Source: a bacterium (GTDB lineage: Bacteria > Myxococcota_A > Bradymonadia > UBA7976 > UBA1532). From it: a stretch of 64,000 bases of DNA. The position numbers were made by a program, and so were the translations under genes. The notes below the pieces were generated by a model. That model worked only from the letters and a program-made list of their open reading frames with translations. It did no database searches and was not told the DNA's origin. Shown one piece after another: positions 10,208 to 18,175 of this stretch. Every line of letters begins with the position of its first letter. Within the stretch, counting starts at the first letter, position 1. The DNA is taken from contig JAUHYW010000003.1 of assembly GCA_030426085.1 (NCBI GenBank), forward strand, positions 119,343 through 183,342, written 5' to 3'.

Positions 10208-10306
10208 GGGTCACCTCCGGTCGGTCGCGGGCCGGGGCGGCGCGACGGCGACCGCGCCCGGTTCTGTGGGAGGCCGCGCGCCCCCGCCCGGTTGCGGTGG
10301 CCGCGC

Positions 10307-11857
10307 TCAGTCCCGCAGCAGGCCTTCGATCTCGGTGACCGCGTCCCCGATCGAGATCCGCCGCTGAGCCATGCTATCGCGATCACGGATGGTGATCGTA
10401 TCGTTCTCCAGCGTCTCGCCGTCGATCGTCAGGCACCACGGGGTCCCGATCTCGTCGTGCCGCCGGTAGCGCTTCCCGATGGCGTGCTGCTCGTCGTACT
10501 TGGCGTTGATGCCCCGCTCGAAGAACGCCTCGACCACCGCCCGGGCCTTCTCGGGCATGCCGTTCTTCTTGACGAGCGGCAGCACCGCGACCTTGATCGG
10601 GGCGAGCTGGGGGTGCAGCTTGAGCACCACCCGGGTGTCGGTGCCCTTGGCCCCCTCGACCTGCTCCTCGCGGTAGGCGTCGATCAGGTAGACCAGCACC
10701 CCCCGGGTCGCACCGGCGGCGGGCTCGATGACGAACGGCGTGTACCGCTGGCGCTTGACCGGGTCGAAGTACTCCAGCTTCGAGCCGCTGCTCTCGGCGT
10801 GCTTCTTGAGGTCGTAGTCGGTGCGGTTGGCGATGCCCTCGAGCTCGCCCCAGCCCCAGGGGTAGAGGTACTCGATATCGTAGCAGCCCTTGGCGTAGTG
10901 GGCCAGCTCGTCGGGCTCGTGGGGCCGCAGGCGGAAGCGGTCGGGCTCGTTGGCGTAGCGGGTCCACCAGCCCATGCGCTGCTGGCACCAGTACTCCAGC
11001 CACTCGGCGTCGGTGCCCGGCTCGCAGAAGAACTCCATCTCCATCTGCTCGAACTCGCACGAGCGGAAGATGAAGTGCTCGACGGTGATCTCGTTGCGGA
11101 ACGACTTGCCCATCTGGGCGATGCCGAACGGCACCTTCATCGCCATCGACTGCTGCACGTTCTGGAACTGCACGAACATCGCCTGAGCCGTCTCCGGCCG
11201 CAGGTAGACCGCGCTGTCCTTCGTCAGCCCGTCGAGCTTCTGGCGCAGCTCGGCCCCCGACAGCCCGGCGAACTCGCCCGACTCGATGGCGTTGGCCACC
11301 GCGCCCATCGGGTCGACCGCGCCCAGGCTGGTGCGGAACATCAGGTTGAACTGCCGCTCCTCGCTGAGGAACGGCGAGCCGCACACCGGGCAGACGTAGC
11401 CCCGGTCGCCGGCCACCGCCCCGATCAGGGTCTTGCCCCGTCGGTCGAGCTCGCGGCCGAACTGCTCGGCGATGAGCGCCTGGGCCACCTTGGCCCGGCC
11501 CTTGTCGGCGAAGGCGAGGGTCAGCGCCTCGCCCGGCGCGGCCCGGGTGGCCTTGTCGGCCCGGAAGCGCTCCTTGCACACCTTGCAGTCGACGAGCGGG
11601 TCGCTGAAGCCGGCGAGGTGGCCCGAGGCCTGCCACACCCGGGGGTGCATGATGATCGAGGCGTCGAGCCCGACCACGTCCTCCCGGCTGTGCACCATGT
11701 CCCGCCACCAGCGGTTCATCAGGTTGCGCTTGAGCTCGACGCCGAGCGGGCCGTAGTCGTAGGCGCTGCGCAGGCCGCCGTAGATCTCCGACGACTGGAA
11801 GACGAAGCCCCGCCGCTTGCACAGCGAGATCACTTTCTGCATCAGGTCGCTGGACAT
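10307..11857 (-). CDS. glyQS: glycine--tRNA ligase (class II, alpha2 type)
   Basis: Full-length match to the GlyQS architecture (MSSDLMQKVISLCKRRGFVFQSSEIYGG..., class II motifs, C-terminal anticodon-binding domain). Confidence 0.95.
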   Translation of the reverse strand: MSSDLMQKVISLCKRRGFVFQSSEIYGGLRSAYDYGPLGVELKRNLMNRWWRDMVHSREDVVGLDASIIMHPRVWQASGHLAGFSDPLVDCKVCKERFRADKATRAAPGEALTLAFADKGRAKVAQALIAEQFGRELDRRGKTLIGAVAGDRGYVCPVCGSPFLSEERQFNLMFRTSLGAVDPMGAVANAIESGEFAGLSGAELRQKLDGLTKDSAVYLRPETAQAMFVQFQNVQQSMAMKVPFGIAQMGKSFRNEITVEHFIFRSCEFEQMEMEFFCEPGTDAEWLEYWCQQRMGWWTRYANEPDRFRLRPHEPDELAHYAKGCYDIEYLYPWGWGELEGIANRTDYDLKKHAESSGSKLEYFDPVKRQRYTPFVIEPAAGATRGVLVYLIDAYREEQVEGAKGTDTRVVLKLHPQLAPIKVAVLPLVKKNGMPEKARAVVEAFFERGINAKYDEQHAIGKRYRRHDEIGTPWCLTIDGETLENDTITIRDRDSMAQRRISIGDAVTEIEGLLRD

Positions 11858-11945
11858 GCCGCTCCCCCGGAGGTGGTCGTGAAGGGCGGCATCGTACAGG
11901 CCGCCCGGGGCGGCGGCAAGGTGGGGGGCGGGGCAGGGCGGCGGG

Positions 11946-14033
11946 CTACTTCACGTCCCGCAGGAAGCCGACCCGGCTCTTGATGACCTCGAGCTGGGGG
12001 TGGGGCGGAGTCAGGTAGCGGACCTGATCGAGCCACTGCTCGTAGTACTTCAGCGCGGTGTCGTAGTCCCGGACCTCCATCGCCTTGCGGCCCCGGTTGA
12101 GCAGCCCCCGCAGCTTCTTGTCGCTGGGGCGGGGCTCGACGTCCCGGGGCTCGTCGGCCCGCTTGCGCCGGGTGCGCTTGCGGCGCCGCTTGCGCTCCGG
12201 CTCCGGATCGGTGACGGCCGGCGCGGCGTCGACCACGGCCTGATCGGGCTGGATCACGTGGGCCACCACCGGCTCGGGCACCGGCGGCGCCGGCTGGGGG
12301 GTGCCGACGGTCAGCCGGCTGGCCTCGCCGTCGGGCTCGACCGTCGCCCCGTCGTCGCCGCCGACGAGCATCCACACCACCCACCCGGTCGCGATCGCGA
12401 TCACCGGCAGCAGCAGCAGCAGCCACGGGCGGCGGCGGCGCGCGGGCGGTTCGACGACCGGGGCCGCCGGCTCCTCGAGGCGGAAGCCGGACCCGATGAG
12501 CATCATCGGCGGCATGTCGGCCTTGGTCGGCTCCTCCTCGTCGAGGTCGACCCGCGAGATGCGGGTCTCGGCGAGCTGGGCGGCGAGGTGGGCCATGCCG
12601 GTGCGCCGCCCGAGCGGCTCCACCTGGGTCGGGGCCATGTCCTCCGAGTCGTCGACGAAGCCCTCGATCGCCGTCGGCATCTCGGCCTGGGAGTCGTCGA
12701 GCAGCCCGTCGAAGCTCTGCAACAGCTCGACGTTGGCCTCGGTGTCCCCCGCCTCGTCGTCCACCTCGAACGGCAGCTCGCCGGTCGGCGGCCGGCTGCG
12801 CTGCGCCTGCCGGGCCCGGGCCATCGCCGCCGCGGAGCGCTCGGGGGGCATCATCTCGGTGTCCGCCGGCAGCCCCACCTGCCCGTCGCCCGCCTGGGGG
12901 ATCAGGGCCGCAAAACCCCCGGTGCGCTGCCGCCCCCGGTGGCCGGGCACGACCATCACCGGCCACGACCCCTGGATGGCCGGCCCCATCGCGATCTCGT
13001 CGAGCCGGTCGATGAACGCCTGGGAGTCCGCCGGCCGCTTGTCGGGGTCGCGGGCCATCGTGTCGTAGATGAGCTGCTCGAGCCCCGGCAGCAGCTTGAC
13101 CGCCGGGTCGACCCCCGACAGGGGCAGCGGATCCTTGGTGCAGGCCCAGATGATGATCTGGGTGTTCGAGCCATCGGGGTAGGGCGAGACCCCGGCGATC
13201 ATCTCGTAGAACAGCACCCCGAGCGCGTAGAGGTCGGCCCGGGCGTCGACGACCTGCTTCTCCTTGCCCGACATCGCGCCCACGCCCGACAGCACCCACG
13301 AGGGCACTTGCTCCGGGGCGAGGTAGCCCGGGGTGCCCCGCAGCGCCATCGGGTGGGTCGAGGCCTTGCCCCCGTGCCCCGAGACGTCCTTGACCAGCCC
13401 CAGGTCGACGAGGGTCAGCCGCCCGTCGCCCCGGGGGTCGAGGATGACGTTGGCCGGCTTGAGGTCGCGGTGCACCAGCCGCCGCTCGTGGAAGGCGCCG
13501 AGCGCGTCGGCGATCTGGCGGGCGATGTTGATCGCCTCGGCCACCTCGAACCGCCCCCGCTCGGCGAGCATCTGCAAGAGCGAGGGCCCCGGCACGTAGT
13601 CCATGACCAGGAACGGCATCTTCTCGTAGATGCCGAAGTCGCTGACCCGCACCACCGACTCGTGGCGGATGACCGAGGCCACCCGCGCCTCGCGCATGAA
13701 GTCGCGGGAGTACTCCTCTTTCTGGTCGCGGCCCACGTCGAGGCCGACCGTCTCCAGGTCGAGGAACTTGACCGCGAAGAGCTGCTCGAGGTGCAGGTGC
13801 TGGGCGAGGTACACCGTGCCCAGGCCGCCCTGGCCCAGCCCGCCGATCAGATGATACCGGTCACCGACTACTTTGCCGAGCAGCGGATAGCGCGACTTGA
13901 CCTGGTGCGCCTGCACCTCGGCCAGCGGCGCGTCGTCTCGATCGCACTGCTTGCGCGGCTTCTTGTAGAGGGTGCGGCATTCGGGACAGATCCACACGGG
14001 GGGCAGCTTATTACTGATCGAGTGCCGTTGCAT
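11946..14033 (-). CDS. Ser/Thr protein kinase with N-terminal zinc-ribbon and C-terminal TM plus TPR-like tail
   Basis: Start ATG (complement of 14031-14033) with GAGAGGAAAG RBS. N-terminal WICPECRTLYKKPRKQC zinc ribbon. Kinase motifs (GQGGLGTVYLAQH, AVKFL, HRDLKPANVIL, DLGLVK, GTPGYLAPE). Long disordered linker, TM helix, C-terminal TPR-like helices. The track ORF extends further upstream as an artefact. Confidence 0.85.
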   Translation of the reverse strand: MQRHSISNKLPPVWICPECRTLYKKPRKQCDRDDAPLAEVQAHQVKSRYPLLGKVVGDRYHLIGGLGQGGLGTVYLAQHLHLEQLFAVKFLDLETVGLDVGRDQKEEYSRDFMREARVASVIRHESVVRVSDFGIYEKMPFLVMDYVPGPSLLQMLAERGRFEVAEAINIARQIADALGAFHERRLVHRDLKPANVILDPRGDGRLTLVDLGLVKDVSGHGGKASTHPMALRGTPGYLAPEQVPSWVLSGVGAMSGKEKQVVDARADLYALGVLFYEMIAGVSPYPDGSNTQIIIWACTKDPLPLSGVDPAVKLLPGLEQLIYDTMARDPDKRPADSQAFIDRLDEIAMGPAIQGSWPVMVVPGHRGRQRTGGFAALIPQAGDGQVGLPADTEMMPPERSAAAMARARQAQRSRPPTGELPFEVDDEAGDTEANVELLQSFDGLLDDSQAEMPTAIEGFVDDSEDMAPTQVEPLGRRTGMAHLAAQLAETRISRVDLDEEEPTKADMPPMMLIGSGFRLEEPAAPVVEPPARRRRPWLLLLLPVIAIATGWVVWMLVGGDDGATVEPDGEASRLTVGTPQPAPPVPEPVVAHVIQPDQAVVDAAPAVTDPEPERKRRRKRTRRKRADEPRDVEPRPSDKKLRGLLNRGRKAMEVRDYDTALKYYEQWLDQVRYLTPPHPQLEVIKSRVGFLRDVK

Positions 14034-15356
14034 CTTTCCTCTCGACCCGATCCTGGGGCATCGTCGGGTGCCGACCCCCGCACCGGGAGGCCACCGCTGC
14101 CCATCGACCGCTCCCGCACGATCCGCGGGCGCCTGCTGTGCCCCGCCGCCGACCGGCGCTCGGTCGCCGTGCTCGCCGACGCCCTGCTCGAGATCGACCC
14201 CCGGGGGTACATCGCCGCGGTGGGCCCCACCCCGCCCGGATGCCCGCTGCCCGAGAGCCGCCCCGGCGCGGTCTGGATGCCCGGCTTCGTCGACGCCCAC
14301 GTGCACTTCCCCCAGACCCGGGTCGTGGGCAGCGCCACCGGGCCGCTGCTCGAGTGGCTCGCGCGCACCGTCTTCCCCGAGGAGGCCCGGTTCCGCGAGC
14401 GGGCCTATGCCGAGGCGGTCGCCGACGAGTTCTGCGCCGCCCTCGCCCGGGCCGGCACCACCACCGCCTCGATCTTCAGCGCGAGCGACCCCGGAGCGAC
14501 CGACGCGCTCTTCGCCGCGCTCGACCGGTGGGGCCTGCGGGCCCGGGCCGGGCTGACGCTGATGGACCGGGGCGCGCCGCCGACGGTCTGCGTGCCCGCC
14601 GGGCGAGCGCTCGACGCCGCCGAGGCCCTCATCGCGCGGTGGCACGGCCGCGACGACCGCCTCTGGTTCTGCGTCACCCCCCGCTTCGCGCTGAGCTGCA
14701 CCCCCGCCCTGCTCGCCGGAGCCGCCGCGCTCGCCGAGCGCCACGACCTGTGGATCCAGACCCACCTCTCGGAGAACCGGGCCGAGATCGAGGCCACCCG
14801 GGCCGCGTTCCCGGGGCACGCCGACTACCTCGCGGTCTACGCCGACCACGGCCTCGCCGGCCGGCGCAGCCTCTTCGCCCACTGCATCTGGCTGGACGAC
14901 GGCGGCTGGGACCGCCTCGCCGACCGGGGCTGCGCGGTGGCCCACTGCCCCGACAGCAACTTCTTCCTCGGCAGCGGGCAGATGCCGCTCGCCCGAGCCC
15001 TCGAGCGCGACGTCCGGGTCGGGCTGGGCACGGACGTCGGCGCCGGGCGCAGCTTCTCGATCCCCCGCATCGCCGCGGCGGCCTACGACACCGCCCGCCT
15101 GCTCGACGCGCCGCAGACCGCCGAGGCGCTGCTGTGGCACGCGACCGCCGGCGGCGCGGCCGCGCTGGGGCTCGCCGACCGGATCGGCCGGCTCGAAGCG
15201 GGGATGGAGGCCGACCTGGTGGCGATCGACGTGCCGCCCTACGCGCTCGACAGCCCGGCCCGCCTGTTCGACGCGCTGGTCTTCCGGCATGACGCCGGGC
15301 CGGTGGGTGAGGTGTACGTGAGGGGGCGGCCGGTGGGGCGGGTGAAGAGCCGCTGA
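14022..15356 (+). CDS. guaD: guanine deaminase (amidohydrolase superfamily)
   Basis: PGFVDAHVHFPQ, HLSEN, AHCPDSNFFLGSG, GTDVGAG motifs. The start is uncertain. No ATG/GTG/TTG lies between the conserved RTIRGRLL region and the divergent kinase start. In-frame candidates are GTG 14022 and TTG 14028 (both overlapping the kinase start codon region), CTG 14097, or GTG 14169 (which would truncate the conserved N-terminus). Confidence 0.8.
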   Translation: MPLHLSSRPDPGASSGADPRTGRPPLPIDRSRTIRGRLLCPAADRRSVAVLADALLEIDPRGYIAAVGPTPPGCPLPESRPGAVWMPGFVDAHVHFPQTRVVGSATGPLLEWLARTVFPEEARFRERAYAEAVADEFCAALARAGTTTASIFSASDPGATDALFAALDRWGLRARAGLTLMDRGAPPTVCVPAGRALDAAEALIARWHGRDDRLWFCVTPRFALSCTPALLAGAAALAERHDLWIQTHLSENRAEIEATRAAFPGHADYLAVYADHGLAGRRSLFAHCIWLDDGGWDRLADRGCAVAHCPDSNFFLGSGQMPLARALERDVRVGLGTDVGAGRSFSIPRIAAAAYDTARLLDAPQTAEALLWHATAGGAAALGLADRIGRLEAGMEADLVAIDVPPYALDSPARLFDALVFRHDAGPVGEVYVRGRPVGRVKSR

Positions 15357-15374
15357 GGCGGCCCTCCGGCGGGC

Positions 15375-15674
15375 TCAGTGCGCCGCGTCGTCGCGGTGCT
15401 TGACCGTCTCGGGGTCGACGGTCCGGATCTGCTCGTCGACGGTGGGCGCGCGATCCTCGGCCAGCGGGCGCACCTCGCGGTGGGACGCCTCGGCCTCGGT
15501 CTCGTCGTCTTTGCTGAACGACTTTCGGAAGTTGCGGATGCCCTTGCCGAGCGCCTCGCCGAGCTGGGGGATGCGGTTGTGGCCGAAGACCACCAGCACG
15601 ATGAGCAGGATCAGCAGCAGCTCACCACCGCCGGGCATCGTGATGCCGAGCAGGAACAGATCACCGGAAATCAT
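15375..15674 (-). CDS. tatA: twin-arginine translocase subunit TatA/E
   Basis: Single TM helix followed by an amphipathic helix ([36 protein letters not shown]) and an acidic tail. Start chosen at the ATG with GGAG RBS. An internal ATG at 15638 is an alternative. Confidence 0.8.
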   Translation of the reverse strand: MISGDLFLLGITMPGGGELLLILLIVLVVFGHNRIPQLGEALGKGIRNFRKSFSKDDETEAEASHREVRPLAEDRAPTVDEQIRTVDPETVKHRDDAAH

Positions 15675-15888
15675 GGTCGCTCCAGGGGCCGGCAGGCCGT
15701 CTCGTGCCGTCGGACTATAGCTCAAACGGTGCGCGACGTCGCGTCGAGCCGCGCCTCTCGACGGCGGCGGACCCTACCCCACGGCGCCGGGGTCCGGCAA
15801 GCTCACCGCCGGGGCCGCCCCGCCACTTGCTCGCCGTCAGCGGCCGTGCTAACCCAATGACCTGTTCATATCGCGGAGTCGGGCGGCG

Positions 15889-16902
15889 ATGGCCTACGCG
15901 CTGCGCTTCATTGCCGGAAGGTTCAAAGGCGGCGAGTTCCCGCTCAAGTCGAATCGCGAGATCGTGATCGGCCGGGGTTCGGAGTTCGACATGGTGCTCG
16001 ACGAGGACATGGTCTCGCGGCGCCACGCCAAGATCGCGACCTTTCACGGCCAGATCGTGCTGCAGGACCTCAAGAGCACCAACGGCACGTTCGTCAACGG
16101 CGAGCGCACCTCGGTGGCCCGGCTCAAGCCGGGGGACAAGGTGCTGGTGGGCACCTCGGTCATGGAGCTCATCCGCACCGACGAGGCCGCCGCGTCGGGC
16201 GAGAGCCGGCGCACGTCGTCCAAGCCGGTGAGCATGGGCACCCCGCCCAAGTCGGGGCCGGCGGGGGTGCCGCCGCCGCCGTCGTCGATCATGGAGACCC
16301 AGCACGCGATGCGGGTCACCGTCGACCGCTCGCGGGGCATGTCGGGGCGCATCTCGGAGAACGACGTCACCGTGCCCGACCTCGTCGAGCTGTTCAACGC
16401 GAACCGCCGCACCGGGGTGCTGGTGCTCACCGACCCCGATGAGGTCGAGGGGCGCATCTTCTTCCGGGACGGCGCGGTGTACTACGCGACCCTCGCCCGG
16501 CCGAACCAGAAGCAGGAGGCGCCCATCCCGCCGCTGAAGTGCTTCTTCCGGCTGCTGACCTGGACCGCGGGCAACTTCCGGATGGACACCCTCAACCCCG
16601 CGCCGTCGTTCGACACCGAGATCGAAGGCGAGACCCGCAACCTGATGCTCGAGGGCATGCGGCAGTTCGACGAGCTGAAGCTCTACGTCGAGCACCTGCC
16701 CGGCCGGCGGGCCCGGCTCAAGGTCACCCACCCCCTGCGGTCGAAGCTCTCCGCGCTCAGCCCCGAGGCGCTCGACACGCTGCAGCTCGTGCTCAACCAC
16801 GGCGAGGTGGGCAAGGTGCTCGACTACAGCGAGGCCAACGACCTCGAGACGTGCCAGGATCTGCTCTACCTCGTGCAGAACGACTACCTGACGACCGAGT
16901 GA
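15889..16902 (+). CDS. FHA domain protein with C-terminal DUF4388-like domain
   Basis: N-terminal FHA signature (GRGSEFDMVLDEDMVSRRHAKI...LKSTNGTFVNGER). The C-terminal region (DLVELFNANRRTGVLVLTD...GRIFFRDGAVYYA) matches the myxobacterial DUF4388 type of domain. Confidence 0.8.
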   Translation: MAYALRFIAGRFKGGEFPLKSNREIVIGRGSEFDMVLDEDMVSRRHAKIATFHGQIVLQDLKSTNGTFVNGERTSVARLKPGDKVLVGTSVMELIRTDEAAASGESRRTSSKPVSMGTPPKSGPAGVPPPPSSIMETQHAMRVTVDRSRGMSGRISENDVTVPDLVELFNANRRTGVLVLTDPDEVEGRIFFRDGAVYYATLARPNQKQEAPIPPLKCFFRLLTWTAGNFRMDTLNPAPSFDTEIEGETRNLMLEGMRQFDELKLYVEHLPGRRARLKVTHPLRSKLSALSPEALDTLQLVLNHGEVGKVLDYSEANDLETCQDLLYLVQNDYLTTE

Positions 16903-16996
16903 GCCCGGCCGCCCCGCACCGGCATCCCGCCGGGGCGCGCGGCGGAGCCGGGCCCGTGCCAACCCCTCGAAATTCAAGGCGCTCCCCGACTGAGAT

Positions 16997-17025
16997 TTGA
17001 CTTCGCCACGTCTCGCCGCTAGCGT
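16997..17025 (+). promoter_or_regulatory. candidate sigma70-type promoter (TTGACT - 17 nt - TAGCGT) upstream of the 17128 gene
   Basis: Hexamers read directly from the sequence with canonical 17-nt spacing, about 100 nt upstream of the ATG. Confidence 0.35.
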
Positions 17026-17127
17026 GGTGCGCCTTTGACTCGGACCCGAATCAATCGAGCATGATCGCAGGCGGCTGCGCCGCCATCGGCGCTGCGCGAC
17101 CGCCGGATGCGATCCACGCGGAGGACC

Positions 17128-18099
17128 ATGGAGTTCTACGTCGTCGATCCCAAGGACAGCGACTACCAGGGCTGGGCCAGCAGAATCCGAACCTTCCTCG
17201 CCGAACAGCAGTTCGACTACACCGAGGGCGTCGGAGAGCTGTACTACCTCGGTGACGATATCGCCGCCCCCTGGGACGAGCAATCCATCCTGTTCACCAT
17301 CGAGGGCGACGAGGGCGGGGTCATCGAACTCCGCGACACCGACCGCCACTTCTACGCGTTTGCCGACGACCTCGACCTCTTCGACGCCCGCGAGGTGCGC
17401 GAGGCGGTGGGCTACAGCGGCGACCGCCAGGTCGGCGCGGTCTACGGCTTCGAGTGGAACAACGCCAAGGGCTGCCGATTCCACCTCGGCCCGTGGAAGA
17501 GCGGCGGCGAAGAGGCGAAGGACAAGAGCAAGAACAAGGACGACAACACCCTCGAGAGCGAGGGGTGCAGCTTCTTCACCGACGCGAGCACCGGCGACTA
17601 CCCGCCGGTGCTGCTCCTCGAAGACGTCTGGGCGTTGTTCTTCCGGTCCATCTACTGGCTGGGCAACAACACCTCGCGGCTGCAGGACCTCAAGAACATC
17701 AACGTCGACAAGGTCTACATGGACTTCGTCGCCGAGGTGGAGTTCGCCCACCCCGCCTCGCTCGACGGGCTCAACGAGCTGCTCGCCGAAGAAGAGGGCT
17801 ACGAGCGCACCCGGGCCGGCCTGCGGGCGACGTTCCGCGACCGGGACCTCGCCTGGATCCAGCGCTTCGTCAGCCTGCTGCCGACCGAAGAAGAGGACTT
17901 CGACAAGGCCCTGTTCCGCGCCGTGTGGCGCGGTGCGTGCCAGGGGGAAGAGCGGGAGGTGTTCTACGTCGGCGTGGAGCGGCGCAACCTGCGCCCGTTC
18001 ATCCAGCTGCCGTACCACCGCACCAGCAAGGGCCTGCTCGAGCGGTTCCGGACCCACTTCAAGGGGCACCGGATCGACCGCCAGGAATACAACATCTAG
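17128..18099 (+). CDS. hypothetical acidic protein (323 aa)
   Basis: ATG with GGAGG RBS 7 nt upstream. Long ORF with slightly lower GC than its neighbours. No recognisable domain. Lies immediately upstream of dnaG. Confidence 0.65.
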   Translation: MEFYVVDPKDSDYQGWASRIRTFLAEQQFDYTEGVGELYYLGDDIAAPWDEQSILFTIEGDEGGVIELRDTDRHFYAFADDLDLFDAREVREAVGYSGDRQVGAVYGFEWNNAKGCRFHLGPWKSGGEEAKDKSKNKDDNTLESEGCSFFTDASTGDYPPVLLLEDVWALFFRSIYWLGNNTSRLQDLKNINVDKVYMDFVAEVEFAHPASLDGLNELLAEEEGYERTRAGLRATFRDRDLAWIQRFVSLLPTEEEDFDKALFRAVWRGACQGEEREVFYVGVERRNLRPFIQLPYHRTSKGLLERFRTHFKGHRIDRQEYNI

Positions 18100-18175
18100 G
18101 ACGGCCGCCGTCGGCGGTCGGACCCGGTCGTGCGCGATCGGCCCCCGTCGGCGATCGGTCACGATCGGCGCAGCT

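Noticed and set aside
9275-11983. 902-aa plus-strand ORF and 10383..11822 minus ORF
   Set aside because: Antisense or out-of-frame relative to the well-supported glyQS and S2P protease genes.
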